Assembly (NCBI GenBank): GCA_964247055.1
Contig: OZ176056.1
Coordinates: forward strand, 8,990,001-9,054,000
Direction: 5' to 3'
From: Paragordius varius
Taxonomy: Eukaryota; Animalia; Nematomorpha
DNA length: 64,000 bases
The notes beneath the pieces were generated by a model that did no database searches, had not been told where the DNA came from, and saw nothing but the letters and a program-made list of their open reading frames with translations. Both the position numbers and the translations under genes were made by a program. Below, piece by piece: positions 23,201 through 38,200 of this stretch (the stretch's first letter is position 1; the number at the start of each line of letters is the position of its first letter).

Positions 23201-26200
23201 TGTAGCAGATCACAAAGCCAGCATTTTCCATTTTTATAAATATATAGATTACTATAAATAATGTTTTATTATCCATATATCTAACATCCTATACATATGA
23301 TAGATACTCCTGACTCAGCAGCTATCATCAAAGAAACGCTTGACTAAAATTTTTGCCTTTTAAGAAGGAATACTAAAAATCCTTATCGAATTTTTACAAT
23401 CTCATACCTTAGGCAGAAAAACAATCAAAAAATTATTTTTGTGGACTTTGTTTTTTTTGAAAAAGGTGGCATTTTACGGGGGGAGCGGGTAAAAAGAGGG
23501 ACTAAGTTAAAAAAGCGAGACGACTATGTTCGGCGCAATCGAAAATAACTATATCAAAATCATATTTGAAATTGAATGGTCCAACACGTTCTCCGGATAA
23601 TTCTGTCAAAGACACGATTTTTGTGGACGTCTGTTTTCAAAAAAAACCGTTTTTCACACGGGGTGGGCCCGAACTCGGGGCCTATTTAAAAAAATGGGCG
23701 AAGCTATTGTCGGGGCATTCATTCAAGATTATATTTTTTCGATGTTTGTATTTGAATGGGTCTACCGGTTTTCCTGTAGCAGATCACAAAGCCAGCATTT
23801 TCCATTTTTATAAATATATAGATTACCATAAATAATATTTTATTATCCATATATCTTTTAACATCCTATACATATGATAGATAATCCTTACTCAGCAGCT
23901 ATCATCAAAGAAACGCTTGACTAAAATTTTTGCCTTTTAAGAGGGAATACTAAAAATCCTTATCGAATTTTAACTTAGTCCCTCTTTTTACCCGCTCCCA
24001 ACGTAAAATGCCACCTTTTTCAAAAAAAAATAAAGTCCACAAAAATAATTTTTTGAATTTTTTTCTGCCTAAGGTATGAGAGACGACTATGTTCGGCGCA
24101 ATCGAAAACAACTAAATAAAAATCATATTTGAAATTGAATGGTCCAACACGTTCTCCGGAAAATTCTCTCAAAGACACGATTTTTGTGGACGTCTGTTTT
24201 CAAAAAAAAACCCATTTTTCACATGGGGTGGGCCCGAACTGGGGGTCTATTTCAAAAAACTGGCGAAGCTATTGTCGAGGCATTCATTCAAGATTATTTT
24301 TTTTCGATGTTTGTATATGAATGGGTCTACCGGTTTTCCTGTAGCAGATCACAAAGCCAGCATTTTCCATTTTTATAAATATATAGATTACCATAAATAA
24401 TGTTTTATTATCCATATATCTTTTAACATCCTATACATATGATAGATAATCCTTACTCAGCAGCTATCATCAAAGAAACGCTTGACAAAAATTTTTGCCT
24501 TTTAATAGGGAATACTAAAAATCCTTATCGAATTTTTACAGTCTCATACCTTGGGCAGAAAAACAATCAACAAATTATTTTTGTGCACTTTGTTTTTTTT
24601 TGAAAAAGGTGGCATTTTACGGGTGGAGCGGGTAAAAAGAGGCCCTAAATCAAAAAAGTGAGTCGACTATGTTCGGCGCAATCGAAAATAACTAAATAAA
24701 AATTATATTTGAAATTGGATGGTCCAACATGTTCTCCGGAAAATTGTCTCAAAGACACGATTTTTGTGGACGTCTGTTTTCAAAAAAACCCATTTATTAC
24801 ACGGGGTGGGCCCGAACTGGGGGCCTATTTCAAAAAACGGGCGAGCTATTGTCTGGGCATTCATTCAAGATTATATTTTTTCGATGTTTGGATTTGAATG
24901 GGTCTACCGGTTTTCCTGTAGCAGATCACAGAGCCAGAATTTTCCATTTTTATAAATATATAGATTACTATAAATAATGTTTTATTATCCATATATCTTT
25001 TAACATCCGATACATATGATAGATACTCCTTACTCAGCAACTATCATCAAAGAAACGGTAGACTAAAATTTTTGCCTTTTAACAGGAAATACGTGGAATC
25101 CTAATTGAATTTTTACGGTCTCATACCTTAGGCAAAAAATCGATTAAAAAAATATTTTTGTGGACGTTGTTTTTTGAAAAAGGTGGCATTTTACGGGGGG
25201 AGCGGGTAAAAAGAGGCTCTAAATCAAAAAAGTGAGTCGACTATGTTCAGCGCGATCGAAAATAAGAAAATTATATTTGAAATTGGATGGTCCAACACGT
25301 TCTCCGGAAAATTGTCTCAAAGACACGATTTTTGTGGACTTCTGTTTTCAAAAAAAACCGTTTTTCACACGGAGTGAGCCCGAACTGGGGGCCTATTTCA
25401 AAAAACGGGCGAAGCTATTGTCGGGGCATTCATTCAAGATTATATTTTTTCGATGTTTGGATTTGAATGGGTCTACCGGTTTTCCTGTAGCAGATCACAA
25501 AGCCAGCATTTTCCATTTTTATAAATATATAGATTACTATAAATAATGTTTTATTATCCATATATCTAACATCCTATACATATGATAGATACTCCTGACT
25601 CAGCAGCTATCATCAAAGAAACGCTTGACTAAAATTTTTGCCTCTTAAGAGGGAATACTAAAAATCCTTATCGAATTTTTACAGTCTCATACCTTGGGCA
25701 GAAAAACAATCAACAAATTATTTTTGTGCACTTTGTTTTTTTTTTGAAAAAGGTGGCATTTTACGGGTGGAGCGGGTAAAAAGAGGCCCTAAATCAAAAA
25801 AGTGAGTCGACTATGTTCGGCGCAATCGAAAATAACTAAATAAAAATTATATTTGAAATTGAATGGTTTAACACGTTCTCCGGAAAATTCTGTCAAAGAC
25901 ACGATTTTTGTGGACGTCTGTTTTAAAAAAAAACCGTTTTTCACACGGGGTGGGCCCGAACTGGGGGCCTATTTCAAAAAACGGGCGAAGCTATTGTCGG
26001 GGCATTCATTCATGATTATATTTTTTCGATGTTTGGATTTGAATGGGTCTACCGGTTATCCTGTAGCAGATCACAAAGCCAGCATTTTCCATTTTTAAAA
26101 TATATAGATTACTATAAATAATGTTTTATTATCCATATATCTAACATCCTATACATATGATAGATACTCCTGACTCAGCAGCTATCATCAAAGAAACGCT

Positions 26201-29200
26201 TGACTAAAATTTTTGCCTTTTAAGAAGGAATACTAAAAATCCTTATCGAATTTTTACAATCTCATACCTTAGGCAGAAAAACAATCAAAAAATTATTTTT
26301 GTGGACTTTGTTTTTTTTGAAAAAGGTGGCATTTTACGGGGGGAGCGGGTAAAAAGAGGGACTAAGTTAAAAAAGCGAGACGACTATGTTCGGCGCAATC
26401 GAAAATAACTAAATAAAAATCATATTTGAAATTGAATGGTCCAACACGTTCTCCGGAAAATTCTCTCAAAGACACGATTTTTGTATACTTCTGTTTTCAA
26501 AAAAAACCCCATTTTTCACATGGGGTGGGCTCGAACTGGGGCCTATATCAAAAAACGGGCGAAGCTATTGTCGAGGCATTCATTCAATATTATATTTTTT
26601 CGATGTTTGGATTTGAATGGGTCTACCGGTTTTATTGTAGCAGATCACAAAGCCAGCGTTTTCCATTTTTATAAATATATGGATTACTATAAATAATGTT
26701 TTGTTATCCATATATATTTTAACATCCTATACATATGATAGATACTCCTTACTCAGCAGCTATCATCAAAGAAACGCTTGACTAAAGTTTTTGCCTTTTA
26801 AGAGGGAATACTAAAAATCCTTATCGAATTTTTACAGTCTCATACCTTGGGCAGAAAAACAATCAAAAAATTATTTTTGTGGACTTTGTTTTTTTTGAAA
26901 AAGGTGGCATTTTACGGGGGGAGCGGGTAAAAAGAGGGACTAAGATAAAAAAGTGAGTCGACTATGTTCAGCACGATCGAAAATAAGAAAATTATATTTG
27001 AAATTGGATGGTCCAACATGTTCTCCGGAAAATTGTCTCAAAGACACGATTTTTGTGGACGTCTGTTTTCAAAAAAACCCATTTTTCACACGGGGTGGGC
27101 CCGAACTGGGGGCCTATTTCAAAAAACGGGCGAGCTATTGTCTGGGCATTCATTCAAGATTATATTTTTTCGATGTTTGGATTTGAATGGGTCTACCGGT
27201 TTTCCTGTAGCAGATCACAAAGCCAGAATTTTCCATTTTTATAAATATATAGATTACTATAAATAATGTTTTATTATCCATATATCTTTTAACATCCGAT
27301 ACATATGATAATACTCCTTACTCAGCAACTATCATCAAAGAAACGGTAGACTAAAATTTTTGCCTTTTAACAGGAAATACGTGGAATCCTAATTGAATTT
27401 TTACGGTCTCATACCTTAGGCAAAAAATCGATTAAAAAAATATTTTTGTGGACGTTGTTTTTTGAAAAAGGTGGCATTTTACGGGGGGAGCGGGTAAAAA
27501 GAGGCTCTAAATCAAAAAAGTGAGTCGACTATGTTCAGCGCGATCGAAAATAAGAAAATTATATTTGAAATTGGATGGTCCAACACGTTCTCCGGAAAAT
27601 TGTCTCAAAGACACGATTTTTGTGGACGTCTGTTTTCAAAAAAAACCATTTTTCACATGGGGTGGGCCCGAACTGGGGGCCTATTTCAAAAAACGGGCGA
27701 AGCTATTGTCGGGGCATTCATTCATGATTATATTTTTTCGATGTTTGGATTTGAATGGGTCTACCGGTTATCCTGTAGCAGATCACAAAGCCAGCATTTT
27801 TTATTTTTATAAATATATAGATTACTATAAATAATGTTTTGTTATCCATATATCTTTTAACATCCTATACATATGATAGATACTCCTTACTCAGCAGCTA
27901 TCATCAAAGAAACGCTTGACAAAAATTTTTGCCTTTTAATAGGGAATACTAAAAATCCTTATCGAATTTTTACAGTCTCATACCTTGGGCAGAAAAACAA
28001 TCAACAAATTATTTTTGTGCACTTTGTTTTTTTTTGAAAAAGGTGGCATTTTACGGGTGGAGCGGGTAAAAAGAGGCCCTAAATCAAAAAAGTGAGTCGA
28101 CTATGTTCGGCGCAATCGAAAATAACTAAATAAAAATTATATTTGAAATTGAATGGTTTAACACGTTCTCCGGAAAATTCTGTCAAAGACACGATTTTTG
28201 TGGACGTCTGTTTTAAAAAAAAACCGTTTTTCACACGGGGTGGGCCCGAACTGGGGGCCTATTTCAAAAAACGGGCGAAGCTATTGTCGGGGCATTCATT
28301 CATGATTATATTTTTTCGATGTTTGGATTTGAATGGGTCTACCGGTTATCCTGTAGCAGATCACAAAGCCAGCATTTTCCATTTTTAAAATATATAGATT
28401 ACTATAAATAATGTTTTATTATCCATATATCTAACATCCTATACATATGATAGATACTCCTGACTCAGCAGCTATCATCAAAGAAACGCTTGACTAAAAT
28501 TTTTGCCTTTTAAGAAGGAATACTAAAAATCCTTATCGAATTTTTACAATCTCATACCTTAGGCAGAAAAACAATCAAAAAATTATTTTTGTGGACTTTG
28601 TTTTTTTTGAAAAAGGTGGCATTTTACGGGGGGAGCGGGTAAAAAGAGGGACTAAGTTAAAAAAGCGAGACGACTATGTTCGGCGCAATCGAAAATAACT
28701 AAATAAAAATCATATTTGAAATTGAATGGTCCAACACGTTCTCCGGAAAATTCTCTCAAAGACACGATTTTTGTATACTTCTGTTTTCAAAAAAAACCCC
28801 ATTTTTCACATGGGGTGGGCTCGAACTGGGGCCTATATCAAAAAACGGGCGAAGCTATTGTCGAGGCATTCATTCAATATTATATTTTTTCGATGTTTGG
28901 ATTTGAATGGGTCTACCGGTTTTATTGTAGCAGATCACAAAGCCAGCGTTTTCCATTTTTATAAATATATGGATTACTATAAATAATGTTTTGTTATCCA
29001 TATATATTTTAACATCCTATACATATGATAGATACTCCTTACTCAGCAGCTATCATCAAAGAAACGCTTGACTAAAGTTTTTGCCTTTTAAGAGGGAATA
29101 CTAAAAATCCTTATCGAATTTTTACAGTCTCATACCTTGGGCAGAAAAACAATCAAAAAATTATTTTTGTGGACTTTGTTTTTTTTGAAAAAGGTGGCAT

Positions 29201-32200
29201 TTTACGGGGGGAGCGGGTAAAAAGAGGGACTAAGATAAAAAAGTGAGTCGACTATGTTCAGCACGATCGAAAATAAGAAAATTATATTTGAAATTGGATG
29301 GTCCAACATGTTCTCCGGAAAATTGTCTCAAAGACACGATTTTTGTGGACGTCTGTTTTCAAAAAAACCCATTTTTCACACGGGGTGGGCCCGAACTGGG
29401 GGCCTATTTCAAAAAACGGGCGAGCTATTGTCTGGGCATTCATTCAAGATTATATTTTTTCGATGTTTGGATTTGAATGGGTCTACCGGTTTTCCTGTAG
29501 CAGATCACAAAGCCAGAATTTTCCATTTTTATAAATATATAGATTACTATAAATAATGTTTTATTATCCATATATCTTTTAACATCCGATACATATGATA
29601 GATACTCCTTACTCAGCAACTATCATCAAAGAAACGGTAGACTAAAATTTTTGCCTTTTAACAGGAAATACGTGGAATCCTAATTGAATTTTTACGGTCT
29701 CATACCTTAGGCAAAAAATCGATTAAAAAAATATTTTTGTGGACGTTGTTTTTTGAAAAAGGTGGCATTTTACGGGGGGAGCGGGTAAAAAGAGGCTCTA
29801 AATCAAAAAAGTGAGTCGACTATGTTCAGCGCGATCGAAAATAAGAAAATTATATTTGAAATTGGATGGTCCAACACGTTCTCCGGAAAATTGTCTCAAA
29901 GACACGATTTTTGTGGACGTCTGTTTTCAAAAAAAACCATTTTTCACATGGGGTGGGCCCGAACTGGGGGCCTATTTCAAAAAACGGGCGAAGCTATTGT
30001 CGGGGCATTCATTCATGATTATATTTTTTCGATGTTTGGATTTGAATGGGTCTACCGGTTATCCTGTAGCAGATCACAAAGCCAGCATTTTTTATTTTTA
30101 TAAATATATAGATTACTATAAATAATGTTTTGTTATCCATATATCTTTTAACATCCTATACATATGATAGATACTCCTTACTCAGCAGCTATCATCAAAG
30201 AAACGCTTGACAAAAATTTTTGCCTTTTAATAGGGAATACTAAAAATCCTTATCGAATTTTTACAGTCTCATACCTTGGGCAGAAAAACAATCAACAAAT
30301 TATTTTTGTGCACTTTGTTTTTTTTTGAAAAAGGTGGCATTTTACGGGTGGAGCGGGTAAAAAGAGGCCCTAAATCAAAAAAGTGAGTCGACTATGTTCG
30401 GCGCAATCGAAAATAACTAAATAAAAATTATATTTGAAATTGAATGGTTTAACACGTTCTCCGGAAAATTCTGTCAAAGACACGATTTTTGTGGACGTCT
30501 GTTTTAAAAAAAAACCGTTTTTCACACGGGGTGGGCCCGAACTGGGGGCCTATTTCAAAAAACGGGCGAAGCTATTGTCGGGGCATTCATTCATGATTAT
30601 ATTTTTTCGATGTTTGGATTTGAATGGGTCTACCGGTTATCCTGTAGCAGATCACAAAGCCAGCATTTTCCATTTTTAAAATATATAGATTACTATAAAT
30701 AATGTTTTATTATCCATATATCTAACATCCTATACATATGATAGATACTCCTGACTCAGCAGCTATCATCAAAGAAACGCTTGACTAAAATTTTTGCCTT
30801 TTAAGAAGGAATACTAAAAATCCTTATCGAATTTTTACAATCTCATACCTTAGGCAGAAAAACAATCAAAAAATTATTTTTGTGGACTTTGTTTTTTTTG
30901 AAAAAGGTGGCATTTTACGGGGGGAGCGGGTAAAAAGAGGGACTAAGTTAAAAAAGCGAGACGACTATGTTCGGCGCAATCGAAAATAACTAAATAAAAA
31001 TCATATTTGAAATTGAATGGTCCAACACGTTCTCCGGAAAATTCTCTCAAAGACACGATTTTTGTATACTTCTGTTTTCAAAAAAAACCCCATTTTTCAC
31101 ATGGGGTGGGCTCGAACTGGGGCCTATATCAAAAAACGGGCGAAGCTATTGTCGAGGCATTCATTCAATATTATATTTTTTCGATGTTTGGATTTGAATG
31201 GGTCTACCGGTTTTATTGTAGCAGATCACAAAGCCAGCGTTTTCCATTTTTATAAATATATGGATTACTATAAATAATGTTTTGTTATCCATATATATTT
31301 TAACATCCTATACATATGATAGATACTCCTTACTCAGCAGCTATCATCAAAGAAACGCTTGACTAAAGTTTTTGCCTTTTAAGAGGGAATACTAAAAATC
31401 CTTATCGAATTTTTACAGTCTCATACCTTGGGCAGAAAAACAATCAAAAAATTATTTTTGTGGACTTTGTTTTTTTTGAAAAAGGTGGCATTTTACGGGG
31501 GGAGCGGGTAAAAAGAGGGACTAAGATAAAAAAGTGAGTCGACTATGTTCAGCACGATCGAAAATAAGAAAATTATATTTGAAATTGGATGGTCCAACAT
31601 GTTCTCCGGAAAATTGTCTCAAAGACACGATTTTTGTGGACGTCTGTTTTCAAAAAAACCCATTTTTCACACGGGGTGGGCCCGAACTGGGGGCCTATTT
31701 CAAAAAACGGGCGAGCTATTGTCTGGGCATTCATTCAAGATTATATTTTTTCGATGTTTGGATTTGAATGGGTCTACCGGTTTTCCTGTAGCAGATCACA
31801 GAGCCAGAATTTTCCATTTTTATAAATATATAGATTACTATAAATAATGTTTTATTATCCATATATCTTTTAACATCCGATACATATGATAGATACTCCT
31901 TACTCAGCAACTATCATCAAAGAAACGGTAGACTAAAATTTTTGCCTTTTAACAGGAAATACGTGGAATCCTAATTGAATTTTTACGGTCTCATACCTTA
32001 GGCAAAAAATCGATTAAAAAAATATTTTTGTGGACGTTGTTTTTTGAAAAAGGTGGCATTTTACGGGGGGAGCGGGTAAAAAGAGGCTCTAAATCAAAAA
32101 AGTGAGTCGACTATGTTCAGCGCGATCGAAAATAAGAAAATTATATTTGAAATTGGATGGTCCAACACGTTCTCCGGAAAATTGTCTCAAAGACACGATT

Positions 32201-35200
32201 TTTGTGGACTTCTGTTTTCAAAAAAAACCGTTTTTCACACGGAGTGAGCCCGAACTGGGGGCCTATTTCAAAAAACGGGCGAAGCTATTGTCGGGGCATT
32301 CATTCAAGATTATATTTTTTCGATGTTTGGATTTGAATGGGTCTACCGGTTTTCCTGTAGCAGATCACAAAGCCAGCATTTTCCATTTTTATAAATATAT
32401 AGATTACTATAAATAATGTTTTATTATCCATATATCTAACATCCTATACATATGATAGATACTCCTGACTCAGCAGCTATCATCAAAGAAACGCTTGACT
32501 AAAATTTTTGCCTCTTAAGAGGGAATACTAAAAATCCTTATCGAATTTTTACAGTCTCATACCTTGGGCAGAAAAACAATCAACAAATTATTTTTGTGCA
32601 CTTTGTTTTTTTTTGAAAAAGGTGGCATTTTACGGGTGGAGCGGGTAAAAAGAGGCCCTAAATCAAAAAAGTGAGTCGACTATGTTCGGCGCAATCGAAA
32701 ATAACTAAATAAAAATTATATTTGAAATTGAATGGTTTAACACGTTCTCCGGAAAATTCTGTCAAAGACACGATTTTTGTGGACGTCTGTTTTAAAAAAA
32801 AACCGTTTTTCACACGGGGTGGGCCCGAACTGGGGGCCTATTTCAAAAAACGGGCGAAGCTATTGTCGGGGCATTCATTCATGATTATATTTTTTCGATG
32901 TTTGGATTTGAATGGGTCTACCGGTTATCCTGTAGCAGATCACAAAGCCAGCATTTTCCATTTTTAAAATATATAGATTACTATAAATAATGTTTTATTA
33001 TCCATATATCTAACATCCTATACATATGATAGATACTCCTGACTCAGCAGCTATCATCAAAGAAACGCTTGACTAAAATTTTTGCCTTTTAAGAAGGAAT
33101 ACTAAAAATCCTTATCGAATTTTTACAATCTCATACCTTAGGCAGAAAAACAATCAAAAAATTATTTTTGTGGACTTTGTTTTTTTTGAAAAAGGTGGCA
33201 TTTTACGGGGGGAGCGGGTAAAAAGAGGGACTAAGTTAAAAAAGCGAGACGACTATGTTCGGCGCAATCGAAAATAACTAAATAAAAATCATATTTGAAA
33301 TTGAATGGTCCAACACGTTCTCCGGAAAATTCTCTCAAAGACACGATTTTTGTATACTTCTGTTTTCAAAAAAAACCCCATTTTTCACATGGGGTGGGCT
33401 CGAACTGGGGCCTATATCAAAAAACGGGCGAAGCTATTGTCGAGGCATTCATTCAATATTATATTTTTTCGATGTTTGGATTTGAATGGGTCTACCGGTT
33501 TTATTGTAGCAGATCACAAAGCCAGCGTTTTCCATTTTTATAAATATATGGATTACTATAAATAATGTTTTGTTATCCATATATATTTTAACATCCTATA
33601 CATATGATAGATACTCCTTACTCAGCAGCTATCATCAAAGAAACGCTTGACTAAAGTTTTTGCCTTTTAAGAGGGAATACTAAAAATCCTTATCGAATTT
33701 TTACAGTCTCATACCTTGGGCAGAAAAACAATCAAAAAATTATTTTTGTGGACTTTGTTTTTTTTGAAAAAGGTGGCATTTTACGGGGGGAGCGGGTAAA
33801 AAGAGGGACTAAGATAAAAAAGTGAGTCGACTATGTTCAGCACGATCGAAAATAAGAAAATTATATTTGAAATTGGATGGTCCAACATGTTCTCCGGAAA
33901 ATTGTCTCAAAGACACGATTTTTGTGGACGTCTGTTTTCAAAAAAACCCATTTTTCACACGGGGTGGGCCCGAACTGGGGGCCTATTTCAAAAAACGGGC
34001 GAGCTATTGTCTGGGCATTCATTCAAGATTATATTTTTTCGATGTTTGGATTTGAATGGGTCTACCGGTTTTCCTGTAGCAGATCACAAAGCCAGAATTT
34101 TCCATTTTTATAAATATATAGATTACTATAAATAATGTTTTATTATCCATATATCTTTTAACATCCGATACATATGATAGATACTCCTTACTCAGCAACT
34201 ATCATCAAAGAAACGGTAGACTAAAATTTTTGCCTTTTAACAGGAAATACGTGGAATCCTAATTGAATTTATACGGTCTCATACCTTAGGCAAAAAATCG
34301 ATTAAAAAAATATTTTTGTGGACGTTGTTTTTTGAAAAAGGTGGCATTTTACGGGGGGAGCGGGTAAAAAGAGGCTCTAAATCAAAAAAGTGAGTCGACT
34401 ATGTTCAGCGCGATCGAAAATAAGAAAATTATATTTGAAATTGGATGGTCCAACACGTTCTCCGGAAAATTGTCTCAAAGACACGATTTTTGTGGACGTC
34501 TGTTTTCAAAAAAAACCATTTTTCACATGGGGTGGGCCCGAACTGGGGGCCTATTTCAAAAAACGGGCGAAGCTATTGTCGGGGCATTCATTCATGATTA
34601 TATTTTTTCGATGTTTGGATTTGAATGGGTCTACCGGTTATCCTGTAGCAGATCACAAAGCCAGCATTTTTTATTTTTATAAATATATAGATTACTATAA
34701 ATAATGTTTTGTTATCCATATATCTTTTAACATCCTATACATATGATAGATACTCCTTACTCAGCAGCTATCATCAAAGAAACCGTGGACTAAAATTTTT
34801 GCCTTTTAACAGGGAATACGTGGAATCCATATTGAATTTTTACGGTCTCATACCTTAGGCAAAAAATCGATTAAAAAAATATTTTTGTGGACGTTGTTTT
34901 TTGAAAAAGGTGGCATTTTACGGGGGGAGCGGGTAAAAAGAGGCTCTAAATCAATAAAGTGAGTCGACTATGTTCAGCGCGATCGAAAATAAGAAAATTA
35001 TATTTGAAATTGGATGGTCCAACACGTTCTCCGGAAAATTGTCTCAAAGACACGATTTTTGTGGACTTCTGTTTTCAAAAAAAACCGTTTTTCACACGGA
35101 GTGAGCCCGAACTGGGGGCCTATTTCAAAAAACGGGCGAAGCTATTGTCGGGGCATTCATTCAAGATTATATTTTTTCGATGTTTGGATTTGAATGGGTC

Positions 35201-38200
35201 TATTGGTTTTCCTGTAGTAGATCACAAAGCCAGCATTTTCCATTTTTAAAATATATAGATTACTATAAATAATGTTTTATTATCCATATATCTAACATCC
35301 TATACATATGATAGATACTCCTGACTCAGCAGCTATCATCAAAGAAACGCTTGACTAAAATTTTTGCCTTTTAAGAAGGAATACTAAAAATCCTTATCGA
35401 ATTTTTACAATCTCATACCTTAGGCAGAAAAACAATCAAAAAATTATTTTTGTGGACTTTGTTTTTTTTGAAAAAGGTGGCATTTTACGGGGGGAGCGGG
35501 TAAAAAGAGGGACTAAGTTAAAAAAGCGAGACGACTATGTTCGGCGCAATCGAAAATAACTAAATAAAAATCATATTTGAAATTGAATGGTCCAACACGT
35601 TCTCCGGAAAATTCTCTCAAAGACACGATTTTTGTATACTTCTGTTTTCAAAAAAAACCCCATTTTTCACATGGGGTGGGCCCGAACTGGGGGCCTATAT
35701 CAAAAAACGGGCGAAGCTATTGTCGAGGCATTCATTCAATATTATATTTTTTCGATGTTTGGATTTGAATGGGTCTACCGGTTTTATTGTAGCAGATCAC
35801 AAAGCCAGCGTTTTCCATTTTTATAAATATATGGATTACTATAAATAATGTTTTGTTATCCATATATATTTTAACATCCTATACATATGATAGATACTCC
35901 TTACTCAGCAGCTATCATCAAAGAAACGCTTGACTAAAGTTTTTGCCTTTTAAGAGGGAATACTAAAAATCCTTATCGAATTTTTACAGTCTCATACCTT
36001 GGGCAGAAAAACAATCAAAAAATTATTTTTGTGGACTTTGTTTTTTTTGAAAAAGGTGGCATTTTACGGGGGGAGCGGGTAAAAAGAGGGACTAAGATAA
36101 AAACGTGAGTCGACTATGTTCAGCACGATCGAAAATAAGAAAATTATATTTGAAATTGGATGGTCCAACATGTTCTCCGGAAAATTGTCTCAAAGACACG
36201 ATTTTTGTGGACGTCTGTTTTCAAAAAAACCCATTTTTCACACGGGGTGGGCCCGAACTGGGGGCCTATTTCAAAAAACGGGCGAAGCTATTGTCGGGGC
36301 ATTCATTCAAGATTATATTTTTTCGATGTTTGGATTTGAATGGGTCTACCGGTTTTCCTGTAGCAGACACAAAGCCAGCATTTTCCATTTTTATAAATTA
36401 TAGATTACTATAAATAATGTTTTATTATCCATATATTTTTCAACATCCTATACATATGATAGATACTCCTTACTCAGCAGCTATCGTCAAAGAAACGCTT
36501 GACTAATATTTTTGCCATTTAAGAAGGAATACTAAAAATCCTTATCGAATTTTTACAGTCTCATACCTTGGGCAGAAAAACAATCAAAAAATTATTTTTG
36601 TGGACTTTGTTTTTTTTTTGAAAAAGGTGGCATTTTGTGGGAGCGGGTAAAAAGAGGGACTAAGTTAAAAAAGCGAGACGACTATGTTTGGCGCAATCGA
36701 AAATAACTAAATAAAAATCATATTTGAAATTGAATGGTCCAACACGTTCTCCGGAAAATTGTCTCAAAGACACGATTTTTGTGGACGTCTGTTTTCAAAA
36801 ACACACCCATTTTTCACACGGGGTAGGCCCGAACTGGGGGCCTATTTCAAAAACACGGGCGAAGCTATTGACGGGGCATTCATTCAAGATTATATTTTTT
36901 CGATGTTTGTATTTGAATGTGTCTACCGGTTTTCCTGTAGCAGATCACAAAGCCAGCATTTTCCATTTTTATAATTATAGATTACTATAAATAATGTTTT
37001 ATTATCCATATATTTTTCAACATCCTATACATATGATAGATACTCCTTACTCAGCAGCTATCATCAAAGAAACGCTTGACTAAAGTTTTTGCCTTTTAAG
37101 AGGGAATACTAAAAATCCTTATCGAATTTTTACAGTCTCATACCTTGGGCAGAAAAACAATCAAAAAATTATTTTTGTGGACTTTGTTTTTTTTGAAAAA
37201 GGTGGCATTTTACGGGGGGAGCGGGTAAAAAGAGGCTCTAAATCAAAAAAGTGAGTCGACTATGTTCAGCGCGATCGAAAATAAGAAAATTATATTTGAA
37301 ATTGGATGGTCCAACACGTTCTCCGGAAAATTGTCTCAAAGACACGATTTTTGTGGACTTCTGTTTTCAAAAAAAACCGTTTTTCACACGGAGTGAGCCC
37401 GAACTAGGGGCCTATTTCAAAAAACGGGCGAAGCTATTGTCGGGGCATTCATTCAAGATTATATTTTTTCGATGTTTGGATTTGAATGGGTCTACCGGTT
37501 TTCCTGTAGCAGACACAAAGCCAGCATTTTCCATTTTTATAAATTATAGATTACTATAAATAATGTTTTATTATCCATATATCTAACATCCTATACATAT
37601 GATAGATACTCCTGACTCAGCAGCTATCATCAAAGAAACGCTTGACTAAAATTTTTGCCTTTTAAGAGGGAATACTAAAAATCCTTATCGAATTTTTACA
37701 GTCTCATACCTTAGGCAGAAAAACAATCAAAAAATTATTTTTGTGGACTTTGTTTTTTTTTGAAAAAGGTGGCATTTTACGGGGGGAGCGGGTAAAAAGA
37801 GGGACTAAGTTAAAAAAGCTAGACGACTATGTTCGGCGCAATCGAAAATAACTAAATAAAAATCATATTTGAAATTGAATGGTCCAACACGTTCACCGGA
37901 AAATTCTCTCAAAGACACGATGTTTGTGGACGTCTGTTTTCAAAAAAAACCCATTTTCCACATGGAGTGGGCCCGAACTGGGGGTCTATTTCAAATAACG
38001 GGCGAAGCTATTGTCGAGGCATTCATTCAAGATTATATTTTTCGAATGTTTGGATTTTAATGGGTCTACCGGTTTTCCTGTAGCAGATCACAAAGCCAGC
38101 ATTTTCCATTTTTATAAATATATAGATTACTATAAATAATGTTTTATTATCCATATATCTTTTAACATCCTATACATATGATAGATACTCCTTACTCAGC

